From NCBI GenBank assembly GCA_964188305.1, contig OZ076894.1: a stretch of 64,000 bases of DNA; one strand, written 5' to 3'. Numbering within the stretch: position 1 is the stretch's first letter; every line of letters begins with the position of its first letter. This stretch comes from Podarcis bocagei (Eukaryota). A program made the position numbers and the translations under genes. This document shows, piece after piece, positions 11,633 to 23,662 of this stretch. The notes beneath the pieces are model-generated. The model did no database searches. It was given only the letters and a program-made list of their open reading frames with translations, and was not told the DNA's origin.

Positions 11633-13103
11633 CTTTGATGCAAATGGGGAAAAACATTGGAAATAAATGGAAATCGAAAATAGAGATTGAAAAAATGTAA
11701 TCAGGACTGAAATGACTGTCTTTGATTGCAGCGGTAGGAGGGTCAACAAAACTGTCTGGGTATGGTGGATCCACAAATCTGAGGGTGGAAAAAAAAGCAA
11801 AGCAAAGCTAACGGGGGGAAAACTGAAAAGGAAAGTGGGCAGGAAATAACTTGCTTAGTTTTCGCAGTACAGCACACACACACATACAACACCAAAGCTT
11901 TTTATCAACCAAGGACACTAGAAAAACAAAAGTGGGCAAGAAAAAGAAACAGTGGAATTTACACAAAGATAGGCATCTCAAGATTGTCCAGATGTTACAG
12001 ATCAATGTTCAAATAAAAACAGAGAACAAAGGTGTGGGGGTGGGGGGAGATTGTTAAGTTGGTTGGAAGTTGATCTCCTCAAAGAGAAAGCCAGTGGTAG
12101 CAAACTTCAGAACCAAAATTAGGTAAACGGTTGTAAACTTTTGTTTAAGAACCAAAGTTAGAAGTTGTGTATTTACATTTAATTCTGAGATAATCTAGAG
12201 TAAATGAAATGCATTGATATCTGAGGCAGCTGCAAACCGGCATTTCATCTAAGGGGAATCTTACATTCAGATGGTGACACAGACACACACAGGCTTTTAT
12301 TTCAAGAGGAATGGTCCTTTCCTTGGAACATCCTCATTATTCAAACAAATGGAGGGGAAATCAAGGGAAAGAGATGATGATGATGATAATATAAAAAAGT
12401 GGGAAGGGAAATTTTAAATAGTGACTAGCTCAACAGAGAATTCATAGGTTAGGGGGGAATGTAATGCATGGCAACCAAAAACATTCATACAGGGCACATA
12501 CACACACACAGACACAAATAGACACAGTACATATACATATATATGTAAGCCAAGTTATTTCCATGCAAAGCAAAGCTGTTGCATACATTGCAGGGTAAGT
12601 ATCCTTACAATAAAATAAAAGGAAAAAAGACACCAACAAAACTTAAGATGGTTATAAATGAAAAAGGCTTAAAATCATATGCAACATACTATGGTGAAGT
12701 ATTGTCCCCACCCCCACTATTAACATATAAAGCATCAGGAATATGTTTACAGTAAAACTTACTTCAGAGTAATATGTCTCCCCTCCCCCATATTTGTTCA
12801 GGGGTTTTGTGTGAACGAAAGCATTTTAAAATTTCTTATCATTTAGGAACACAAACGCGTGGAATTGGTTAAACTTTGAGACTATATGATATTGTAACTT
12901 GACCAAAAGGCCAAGAAATGAGCATCATGGAGAAGAAAAGCAGAGCAGAGGAGGAGCCCAACTAGAGAGGAGGTAAACACAGAGGAACCCGACCCAAGGC
13001 AGCCTGCAATTCTGCATGAAAAGATTTATTTAATGATGTATTTTAAGAATGTTTACCTCCCATTCTTCTGCTGAAAAGTAGCTTCCAGTGTAACTTCCTG
13101 ATC

Positions 13104-13408
13104 ATTTGAGGTCCAGCTCCGAGGGCCTGGCAGTTCCCTCACTGCAAGAAGTGAAGTTACAGGGAACAGAGGGCCTTCTCGGTAGTGGCGCCCGCCCTGT
13201 GGAACGCCCTCCCATCAGATGTAAAGGAAATAAAGAACTATACAACTCTCTGAAGATACCTGAAGGCAGCCCTATATTGGGAAGTTTTAAATGTTTGATG
13301 TTTTATTATACTTTTAGTTATTTTAGTTGGAGGCCACCCAGAGTTGCTGGGGCAACCCCATCAGATGGGCGGGGTATAAGTAATTTTGTTTTCATTTATT
13401 TATTATTA
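13104..13408 (+). mobile_element. L2-type LINE 3' fragment
   Basis: agggccttctcggtagtggcgcccgccctgtggaacgccctccc (RAFSVVAPALWNALP, L2 ORF2 C-terminus), then 3' UTR and (TTA)n tail. Confidence 0.75.
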
Positions 13409-14802
13409 ACAGAAGTCATTTTACAAAACAGTTAATTATTTAAGAATGTAACAATCTCTTTTTTAATTTATACTTCTTACTTCCCTTAGCCACGGACTTC
13501 GACTGTGCCCAGTGGAAGAATGGGGCTGCCTTGCACAGCTCCCACCTAGACCAAACCACTATGGCCTGGAAACTGCCTTTGGCAATTCAGCACTGCCTGG
13601 TGACCTTTCTTGGGTGAGTTTTTAGGGTGAACTAGGGAGAGAACTTCTACTCCAGGGCTATAGGTTCAAGTCCCTGCCTGGACTCATGGCAGTGTTTTCC
13701 TTCCCTGCCCTTCCAGGCTTCTGAAAAAGCAGCTGTTTCTTTTACTGCATGTTTCTAGCTGCTGGCTGATGGGGCCATGAAAGAATTTCACTTGCCTGTG
13801 TCAATGGCTGTTTAGTTCCAGAATTTTTGCCTCCCTTATAGCAAATGTTAATTGTTTCATTTTTCATTTTCGTGTCAGGAACTCTGGCCCAACTAACTGA
13901 GGACTGGCACTGGGCAGGGGCCACAGCATTAGGGCAAGTGGGGTGCTACATGCTCCACCTACAGGGTGAGTATGGCCTTATGGGCCCAATGGCTCACTTC
14001 CACTCAGTTTGCACTCTGCAGTATCTTCCATAGCTTCTGGTTCATGAAAGCAGACAACATGAGTGGCGTAAGCTGGCTGTTTCCCCAAACTGACCTTCCA
14101 GCAACTGGGTTGAAAAGTATCACTGGTAGCAGGGCTGCCAAGTTGTTTTGGTCCTTTGCCCATGCTGTGATCTCCCTGGAAGCTGTAATTTAGTGAACTT
14201 GTGACCTGATTTTACCCCAACACTTGTTGCCATCATTCCCCTTCCTGTCCTGCTCCACTTCCAACTACAGGTATAATCAATAATAGCTAGCGACAATGTC
14301 CCAATACATAATGATGCTTTTTGAAATACTTCACCAAAGTAAGAGAGGGTAAATGGATTATGGAACTTTGTTACTTAAAACAGTATCACTTTTATACACA
14401 GGGACATGCATATTGCATGTAAATAATTTAATGAAGGTAGTTTATAGAAGCTGAATCTTTAAAGGTGATACTGTAATTAACTTATAAAATGCAATGACTT
14501 TATGTGAACATACATACAAAATAAAAAATGAAATAAAATATGGGGATTTATACAAGCCTAACAGCAATAGCAGGAGTCACCAGGGGAATGTCAAAAGGAA
14601 AGTGAATGCTTAGATGAACTGTCTTAGTACTTTTATTTTAATTATTAGTAACATATTAAATAACATCTAAAAGCTAAAAGCTAAATTTACATTATTATAT
14701 CATTCTTTAAAAAATTAATATCATCAGTGGCAATTAGAATTTGCACACTCTCTTATGCTTAACTTAATGATTAGACAAATAACATTTTTATTACAATCTT
14801 AC

Positions 14803-14824
14803 GTTTTTCTGATGTCATGTCAGT
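14803..14824 (-). CDS. ANK2: ANK2 22-nt exon (TDMTSEK + C)
   Basis: Acceptor tctctttcag, donor AAC|gtaaga, phase 0-1; joins either the giant exon or the death-domain exon in frame. Confidence 0.9.
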
Positions 14825-15967
14825 CTGAAAGAGAACACAGAGTGAAATGGTTACAGCACTTTGAGTCACAACAACCAGTGAGAAATATCACCTAGAACAC
14901 CAGCTAATTTACCATTGAAGCCTGTAGGTCAATCCTAAATGCACTTTCTTGGAAGTAAAACCCACTGGAATCAATTGGCGTTCCTTCCTGATAAGTATTG
15001 CAACTTAACTGGTTGTCCAGACAAGCTGAATTCTAATAAGAGCTAGCAATGCCTTTAAGCCACTGATGAACCTTGGTAATTAGTTCCTACTTTTATCATA
15101 TAAACTAAATTGTTAATTTGTTGCATTTAGGCTCTAAGTTGGAATTTACACAGAAAGATCACTGAGCAGGACAGGGAGAAACAGTAAAGAAGGTGGAAGT
15201 GGTAAGCAGGTTATTCGTATCTAGACTTGCGAAAGTGCAAGAACAATATACTGGCACATTTGTTAGTAAAAAAGTAGGAGCCACATACATAGCTTGAGAT
15301 GTCCTAAGATGCCTTTGTTATCACAGTAGGTGTCTAAGGTTCTATTACCTTGTGGAAATTCTTTGGAGGGAGAGGGCAATATTTAGCTTGGGGGGGGGAA
15401 TAGAAAATACAGTTCTATTATAATACTCATCCCCACCTTTCTAAATTTTAAAGTGCAAGGTGAGATGGAGATAATAAATTTTGGCTAAAACAAAAACGTG
15501 GAAGGAATAGAGAGGAGGGAGGAGTGCACAAACCTAAGGCTCATTCACATAATAGGTTAGCATCGCATCTGAATGAGTTTTGGTATGTAGTGTATCACTG
15601 CACTGATTTCTGCAACATCCAACATTTTTTTAAAAAAATGAACTTCATATTTATTTCTGCATCTAAACAGTTCTGATTTTTATTTTTAAAAAATCAATTT
15701 CATTTATTTATTTTTAAATGCATTTATAAAAACTGACTCCGATTCTCAAATAAAAATTTAAAAGATCACATGTACTGTGTTTTTATCTCCCCCCCCCCCT
15801 GCTGCAGCTCTTTGCAATTTGAAAAGTTGCTCCTCAGAGTTTGAGGACTCTGGAGCCATGAGTGAGCGCATTGCAGCGAGACTTGGTGAACCTCCACATG
15901 CATACCCAAGGGAATTTTGATTTTGGTCACAAGGGTTTATACAGTACTGATCTATTAGCAAGATTAC

Positions 15968-16000
15968 CTCTTCTTCCTGTTCTTGATCTGATTCTGATTC
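15968..16000 (-). CDS. ANK2: ANK2 33-nt exon (ESESDQEQEEE)
   Basis: Acceptor ctgaaag, donor GAG|gtaatc, phase 0-0; matches ankyrin-B sequence. Confidence 0.9.
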
Positions 16001-17314
16001 CTTTCAGCCCAATATGCCATGCAAGAAAAGAGAAAAACAGAGCAGGAAAAGATAGGATGCAGTTAAAGGAAAAGAATGATTTCTGGTCATATTCAATTGG
16101 CAAGAGTACAAAACGAACACAATTTCTGCACTTTTTCCTAAGGAGGAAAAAAAGGGAACAAGAGAATGAGTTCATTATTTTTTTTAAGCTGGGGACTTAA
16201 GATAATTAAAAAGTGGGAAGCTGTTTGGATATTTTAGGCTCTTGCTTGATTTTTATTACTGCATTTCAAAGAAGCCAAGATACTATTTCTCAACCACCAA
16301 GCCTGACCCTAGTATGCAAGATTGGACCTGCCATTTGCCATGCTGGCTCAGGCAGTGGATTGGGAGAGGCAGCAGATTGTGAACCTCCATTCACCACCTG
16401 TAGGGCTGCCCCCACCATCACTACTGTTGGCTGCTTGGCATGTCCTGTCTCCTGATCTGCTACTGCCCCATATATTTTTCTGAGGAATGTCACTGAATTG
16501 CTGTGACAACAGCAAATACTGTTGAAAACAAGCAGATACTCTCCAGGGCAATGCTACGCTGCTACCCCCAAAAAGTGAAGAGGTGGCAGTGGAGTTCTTG
16601 TGCCAACCCTGAAAATACATGGTTGGAATGTCAAAGAAAATGTAACATAGTTTGCATGTGTTAATTGTTCTCTCTTCATATTTGATTTTTCAAGCTTAAA
16701 TCTGTAATATTTCAAATTCCAATGAAAGTGAGAAGACAGACATCGTGCACATGAGACCTCTGTTCTATGCATTTAATTGCTTATGTGCATGACTTACCTA
16801 TGAACGGCTGGAGGCACAAATAAACTGAAGATCACAGATCAACTTGGAATGGGCAGGAAGGTGACATATATGAGAACCCAGACTCTAAAGTGCCTTTGCA
16901 GTCTTTCTCCTCCAGCACTACACTTCTGTCTGAGCAAACTACTAGGCTTAATGCTCAAGAAATAGGCAAAGTATCATATGATGGGTTCTTTTGGTGTTGG
17001 CTCTTTGGATAGATATAATCCCCAGTATTATATGATGCTGCTGAGCCAATTCAAGGCCATGGTGTGAGAGCCACCCATCTAGAGAATACTCTATAATTAA
17101 TGCACCCTCTATATTAGGGGTGAGGAACCTATGGCCTTACAGATGATGTTCCAACTGCCATCCACTCCATCCAGCACAGCCAATAGGAGGAGATGTTGAC
17201 ACATAAGCCACTCCATGTAGTTTGTGCAAAACAAAGCCAGGGATTAGGAGCTCTGAAATTTCAGTGTGCCAGCTAGTATGTGAGCAAAGATCTTTTCATT
17301 GTATTATGCAGTAC

Positions 17315-17437
17315 CTTTGTGTAATTTGGCAATGTGATATTCAGATTGCAGATGGCTTGATGTACGAGGCCTCTAGAAGATTTAGGCTCCTTCATAAATG
17401 ACAAGCGCCCACAAGGTTCTTGTGTTGTGTCTCGGAC
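17315..17437 (-). CDS. ANK2: ANK2 UPA exon ([41 protein letters not shown])
   Basis: 123 nt, acceptor gcactag, donor AAG|gtactg. Confidence 0.95.
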
Positions 17438-17560
17438 CTAGTGCAAAAAGCAAAGCAAAACACACACAATGCTACAGCTTAAAGAGATATAAAATACTAC
17501 AGAGACAAAATTATAAAATATTTATGATGCAAATGTATTAAATGTACGGATTAAGACATA

Positions 17561-17742
17561 CAGTCATACCTCGGGTTATGAACGCTGCGGGTTGCGCGTT
17601 TTGGGGTTGCGGACCGCTTGCACATGCGCAGAAGCACCGAATTGCGTCACGTGTGCGCAGACACAGCACTTAAGGCTACGAATGCTGCGAGTTGTGAACA
17701 TGCCTCCTGCACAGATCACGTTCGCAACCAGAGGTATGACAG
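17561..17742. mobile_element. Tc1/mariner (Tigger-like) MITE
   Basis: TIRs CAGTCATACCTCGGGTT / AACCAGAGGTATGACAG, TA on both sides. Confidence 0.8.
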
Positions 17743-18187
17743 TACCTAAGTAAAGTTCTATTTAACCACTGCCACTAAACCCTGCTTAAAGAAACTTTAA
17801 TATTTCTGCCTTAAAGTGAAAATGTTGAATCTCCAAAGGGAGATCTAAAGCCAGAGGACAGATATCAACATTTTTATAGATCTTTGGTTTTAATTTGAAA
17901 CATGGTGAATGTTCAGGCAACTACTCCCACCCCACCCACCCCGATTTGCCGTTTTTCATTCCATTGCATAAAATGCCGAAGCTCTGATGCACATCTAGGT
18001 GCGCAAAAGGGGGTAAAGTAGACCACTGCCCTTGAAATGCAGTTCATCAGCTTTGGTGCTATTATTAAAATAGTTAAAGAATGGTGGTTTCTGGCTGTAT
18101 ATGGATGGGCTGTTTCTGCTTGTTGAATATTCTGAATAGTCGCCACCAAATAAAATGAAAGTTTAGATATGGACTTGTATCTATTAC

Positions 18188-18313
18188 CTTGACAAACAGT
18201 GGAAGTCTATTTTCTTTGAAGGCATAAAAACTGAATATGTGATGTTGGCCGCTCTTCGTTAGTGGTACTAGATTCCCAAAGCAGTCCACGTAGATGGGCT
18301 TTCCTTCTAGTAC
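18188..18313 (-). CDS. ANK2: ANK2 UPA exon ([42 protein letters not shown])
   Basis: 126 nt, acceptor tatgtag, donor AAG|gtaata. Confidence 0.95.
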
Positions 18314-19013
18314 CTACATATGGTTGATAAGGAACAAAATATAATAAAAGTAAGTATCATGGAAATGTAGAAGAGAGTTCATTATTACCTTTATTCAATT
18401 CCTAGAATGCACTGATCCACTGGCTGGGATTGAAAGAAATGGAAGTTCATATGAGGGGCCACAGATTCCACAGCCCTCTAGAACCACCACTTTGCTAAAT
18501 AGCAATAAAGCATTTTAGGAGATGACAGCTGGCCCTCTAGTACTATATAGTATAGCAGAAAATCTTGTAGGCAAACAAGGAAGATAAAAGATATTTCCCC
18601 TGCTTAAAATCCATAACTGAACAGAACTATGGCTGTTCTAGGTTGGGAAGAATTCCTCTTAGAGGGTGGAGATAGGTGCCACATATTGTTTCAGATCCCA
18701 ACCTGGACAATGTACTATATATGTGATTGTATTTGCCATTAAACAAAATTGCAGGGGGACTTGATCTGCAGCAGGAACATGGCATAGAAATGGTGGTGGA
18801 GAGAGAAGGATTAACCCTTTTTCCTTCGACCATTTCCTCTTCAAAGCTGCTATTTGCACCTATGGCAAATAGATTTTCCTCCCATAGCAAAAGCAGCTTT
18901 CCACCCATGGCAGGGGTGGGAAGCATGTCAAGGAAAAACAAGACACAAGTAGGAAAGGTTCAATTCCACCCTCTTCCATACAAATGTTTTAATCTGGACA
19001 GGGAGTCCCTGTA

Positions 19014-19254
19014 CAGTGGTACCTCGGTTTACTAACTTAATCCGTTCTGGAAGTCCGTTCTTAAACCTAAACCGTTCTGAAACCGAGGTGCGCTTTTGCT
19101 AATGAGGCCTCCCGCTGCCGGTGCCCTTCCACCGTTTGGATTCTGTTCTTAGACCGAGGTAAAGTTCTCAAATCGGGACACTACTTTTGGTTTTGCGGAG
19201 TTTGTAAACCGAATTGTTCCTAAACAGGACTGTTCTTAAACTGAGGTAACACTG
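19014..19254. mobile_element. Tc1/mariner (Tigger-like) MITE
   Basis: TIRs CAGTGGTACCTCGGTTTA / TAAACTGAGGTAACACTG, TA target duplication. Confidence 0.82.
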
Positions 19255-19651
19255 TAGTTCCTTTTCTTCTCAATAAAAAGAAATATCTGCATGTGTTCTA
19301 ACATTTTTGTTAGGTATTTTAATATCTGTATATGTTTCGTACCCCATCCTGGTATCTGTATAGATTAAGGGTGGGCTATAAAATATTCCTAATAAACAAA
19401 CAAGCAAGCAAGCAAGCAAGCAGATAAAGAAAATACAGTTATGTCCATTTTTAATCCTACACAGAATACACCAATTGAAATCAATGGGTATCCTTGGAGA
19501 GTGACTTAGCTGGATATTACCCATATTAAGATTTAAAATGAGAGATTTTCTTTTTCTTTCTACATACAAAAGGAAATTAAGACAATGGTTTTAAAAGTAC
19601 ATGTACAAAAATGTCAATGAAGGAATTCATTTTGCATGTTTAATACCATAC

Positions 19652-19880
19652 CTCTACATCTCTGCTTCGGGCAACTTCAGCAAAGTTTTCTTGCTGTTCT
19701 AGCGTTTTATCCACTTTATCATCCGTCATGCAGAAACATCTTAATCGGGCTTCTATAGGATCGTGTGATTTGGCAAACACTACAAATTTGGCCATGTAGG
19801 GCACACAAATAATCTCTCTGTATACTTGGGAAGCAAACGTAACAGATTCCTGTATCTGTCGACAGTCTATCAACCAAAAC
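19652..19880 (-). CDS. ANK2: ANK2 ZU5B/UPA exon ([15 protein letters not shown]...VARSRDVE)
   Basis: 229 nt, acceptor tttgcag, donor GAG|gtatgg. Confidence 0.95.
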
Positions 19881-20402
19881 CTGCAAATAAACAAACATGG
19901 AAAACTGTTGCATAGTTAAGTCTAACATAACATACACACAAGTTCAGAATTTGGAAAATACATCCAGAAATCACACTAGTATTGATTTCAAATAACTTGT
20001 GCATTAGCTTGAAATAAACAAATTCTTAATGGGGAAAAATCATCTAGATTCTGCATTGGGTGTGGCCCAAGCCTGAATGTAATTTGAAATGGATCTCTAC
20101 TGATTCCCAGATTACTAAAATGCATTGGAACAGTCATTTTCAGCTGGGATATGAACTGGGATATGTACACAGTCCCTTCACCCCCTTTGCAGTGCACAGG
20201 TGATCAAACCAGGAAATCTCTAATTAACCACAGTTTCTCCTTTTGTCCACATTAGGATACCATGGCTACCAGCTTCAGAACAGATATTAAAACAACTTTA
20301 GACTCTTCAGACTCCAGAATTAATCATACTCTATTTTAGGGTCAGGCCAGGGGATGGATTACACATTGCAAACACTACAATGCCAGAATTAGCACATTAG
20401 CA

Positions 20403-20832
20403 CAATACCTTAAGGACTTCCTGTCTCCATACAAACCTACCTAGACCCTGCACTTGTTATCTGAGGCTCTTTGCTATGTCTCTCCTCCCCAAGAGGTTTA
20501 GAGGGTGGCAACACAAGAACGGGCCTTTTCTGTGGTAGCTCCCTGTCTAAGAAAGGCTCTCCTCAGAGAGGCTTGTCTGGTGCCATCATTACGTATCTTT
20601 AGGCACCAGGCAAAAATATACCTCTTTACCCATGCCTTTGGCCATTAATCTATGGCCTGTTAAAGCTGAGGGACGACGACTTATGATTATTTTATTATTA
20701 TGCTATCTATTACTATGCTTTTCATTATGTTTTTACTATTATGCCCCATAAAATGTGATCTTAATGTTGTACACTGCCCTGGGATCTTTGATAAAGTATA
20801 TAAATCAAATAAGTAAATAATGATAAATAAAA
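20403..20832 (+). mobile_element. L2-type LINE 3' fragment, diverged
   Basis: cgggccttttctgtggtagctccc (RAFSVVAP) motif, upstream YLKDFLSPY-like segment, (TAAA)n tail. Confidence 0.7.
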
Positions 20833-20939
20833 CTTTAGTGGGGTACTTGTGTCCAATTAATAAGTAATCAAGCTGAAAATATAGTGCCGAAACACTTAAA
20901 TACAGTTTAAAGAAAATATACTATTCTGGACAGTGGTAC

Positions 20940-21036
20940 CTGGCAGATACGTTTGTGGTGAAGGAAACACATTCATTGACAAAAGTTAATGGTGTTGTTC
21001 CTGTGATGTCTTCCCACTGAGCAGGTGTTGTTCCAC
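20940..21036 (-). CDS. ANK2: ANK2 ZU5B exon ([33 protein letters not shown])
   Basis: 97 nt, acceptor gtttcag, donor CAG|gtacca. Confidence 0.95.
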
Positions 21037-21135
21037 CTGAAACAATTGAGGACAAAGAGAAAAAATGTTCAGCAATCCTACAAGAAGTCAATGGCCTGGT
21101 TGTCATGACGTAGTAAGCCAAAGTATGGCTTAGTG

Positions 21136-21271
21136 CAGGCATCCCCAAACTCAGCCCTCCAGCTGTTTTGGGACTATAATTCCCACCGTCCCTGACCACT
21201 AGTCCTGTTAGCTAGGGATGGTGGGAATTGTAGTCCCAAAACATCTGGAGGGCCGAGTTTGGGTATGCCTG
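21136..21271. mobile_element. hAT-superfamily palindromic MITE with intact 8-bp TSD
   Basis: TIR CAGGCATCCCCAAACTC / GAGTTTGGGTATGCCTG; TSD GCTTAGTG at 21128-21135 and 21272-21279. Confidence 0.9.
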
Positions 21272-21649
21272 GCTTAGTGAGACCACAAGAACAGGAGAGG
21301 AGCTGACAGCCAATTTGCATCTCCAGAGTCCTCCTTACTCCTGCAACGAGTGACTCCAAGATTTGGCACAGCATTTCACTTGAATCTGAGCTTGTGGTGA
21401 AGCTCTAACTTTACAAGCTGTAGCCAAGGTCTGTTCTGGGGTGTTGCTCAGGGTTAATAACTTGATATTAAAGTAAAATTAATTCACACCCACATTCTTT
21501 TGGTACCAAAATGCAAAATCTTATTTCAGCTATAAACTATGGAGGTCATTATTTCCACTTTGCAAATATAGGCTAAGCAAGAGCTTTCAATGACTTCTCT
21601 ACGACATCAACATACAATGCCACCCTTCTTAATGGACCCATCAGTGCAT

Positions 21650-21793
21650 TTAGAATCATACAACTGTAGAGTTGGAAGGGACCATGAGAGTCATCTAGCC
21701 CAACTCGGTGCAATAGAGGGATTTTTTTACCCAACATGGGGCTTGAATCCACAACTTGGAGATTAAGAGAATTATGCTCTACCGACTGAACTA
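21650..21793 (-). mobile_element. Short tRNA-headed SINE with CR1-type tail
   Basis: Minus strand TAGTTCAGTCGGTAGAGCA (A box) and GATTCAAGCCCC (B box), then cccttccaactctacag...tgattcta CR1 tail. Confidence 0.7.
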
Positions 21794-21818
21794 TTCAAGT
21801 TACTTCTTATGAGCTTAC

Positions 21819-22023
21819 CTGTTATGCTGCATAGTAGTCTTAGAGTGGGTGCATCACCCCCATATCCATTAATCATCAGATCACTAGAGGCTTTAGGAAC
21901 AGGAATAGTCATTGTTATTGGCTTATGGAATTTTCTTCTCCTGGGTTCCAATGTGACAATAGGGCTGAATGTGGCTTTGTTGCCTAAAATCTTCTTTACA
22001 AGCTCATTGTGCATAGGTTGAGC
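21819..22023 (-). CDS. ANK2: ANK2 ZU5B exon ([36 protein letters not shown]...LLCSIT)
   Basis: 205 nt, acceptor ggttag, donor CAG|gtaagc. Confidence 0.95.
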
Positions 22024-22364
22024 CTAACCAAAGACATGCACAAAACAAAAGTCTTAATTATTGGTATCTGAACAATCATAACAACATCCTCTTCTTCTCC
22101 ACAGTGGCCAACCGGATGCCCTGGCAGGTCTACAATCAGGACATAAACGCAACAATCTTTCACTTTTGCTCACAAGTGACTGGTCTGCTGTCTTTGTTTC
22201 TGGCAGTAGCATATATTCATCATCATTCATTGCCATTGGGCAATGTCTTCTATGAATTTGACTATATATTTAAAGCTCTATAAATCTGATTACCCATTGC
22301 ACATTCCACGTGCCTCAATTAATTACAATTCTATTTTCTGCTTACTCCTGTCTTCTATCCCTGA

Positions 22365-23260
22365 TTTATTTATTCATTTAAATATTTATAAACCACACTT
22401 TCATAAAAGTACATGTCAGTGTACATCATACAAGAATTACAACAATGAAACGATTAATAAAAGCATCCATAAATACTGGCCAGTGATTTCAAAGGGCTAT
22501 CTAAATAACATAATTTATAGTAAAGACAGGGATGATTCTTCAGGCTGGGAGCTCCACGGGACCCCTACTGGCAGGGATTTCCACAGCCTGCCATACTCAG
22601 TCCCTTCAAAGGCCAACCAAACCTCAGGGGCATGGGGAAACACAATGCATCAAAGGATTTCAGTGATTGACATGGTGTATTATGGTCCTTAAAGTACTTG
22701 CAATCCAAGTTGCTTAAGGCTTTGTGAATTAGCACTAGGGACCTTGAGCCTCACCTGATGGCAAATTCGCAAGTGCTGTCAGCATGCTGCCAGTAGCCTG
22801 CTCCTGCATTCTGTACTAGCTTCAGTTTTCAGACCAACTACAGGGGTAGCCCCACATAGAGCATGTTACAGTAATCAAGTCTTGAGGTTATCAATGCATG
22901 GACCACTTTGGTAAGGCTATTACGGTCTTGTTAAGGAATGCAATTAATGGGTTAATACTCTATGAGCCAGCAGACATGACTCAATGTACCTGCAGGCATC
23001 TTGAGATTCTCTTATCTGTGTTACTGGACAGATTTGACAAGTATCTTTGTGTATAAAAGGGCTACAGCCTGCTGTGTGGGTTGTGGTAGGAGACTGCAAG
23101 AATTGCGGAAGGCTGTCTGTTGGAACTATGGATTTGAGTGAAGACTTTTTGAAGAGATTTTGGACCTCCAGTGATAGAGATGGCTCAAGATGTACCTTGC
23201 ACACCTGTTCCTTCAGAGGGACTTCAACTCCAACCAGAACAGACAATTGCTATTAGTGCT
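22365..23260 (-). mobile_element. Degraded L2 LINE fragment (ORF2 C-terminal part and 3' end)
   Basis: ORF 22944..23246 begins VLVGVEVPLKEQVCKVHLEPSLSLEVQ, resembling the L2 ORF2 segment LDGVxLPLKEQVRSLGVxLDPSLSLExQ; (TAAA)n tail at about 22365 on the minus strand; boundaries approximate. Confidence 0.6.
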
Positions 23261-23662
23261 AAAGGCTGCTCCCAGTGCAAATATCCCTGGGAATAATAGA
23301 TTACCAAGCCTTCTATGTCCTTAGAGAGGTTGCCACAGAGGTCCTGGGGAAACCCAAGCTCCTTCTGCGAATTCTCTGATGAATCTTCAAGCCCATTCAA
23401 AGATGGGATGAGGTCACCATTCTCTAGCAAGCAGATGAGTGACAAATTGGACACAGCTTTATATTTTTACATAATTCGTCTGGGAATCATAAAGTGCTTT
23501 ATGAACATTTAACTAATCAGTCCTTTCATCATAACCTCAAAGCATTCAATGCAAGTTCACAAAGCCTACCACTTCCAATTTATTTGTAAATTAGACCAGA
23601 AATATGGAACTCTAATCACAGTTGTGAAAAGAGGTTAATTGGAGGAAATGGAAGTTAAATTA

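Noticed and set aside
11633-11774. N-terminal MDPPYPDS... part of the 2060-aa ORF as a true protein start
   Set aside because: It starts at GTG in intronic sequence. Ankyrin-B similarity begins at the 11632 acceptor, and the ICQPLG... end is also intronic read-through.
12264-12335. Exon-like segment ending AAT|gtaaga
   Set aside because: The acceptors I tried give no phase-compatible, stop-free join to the flanking exons.
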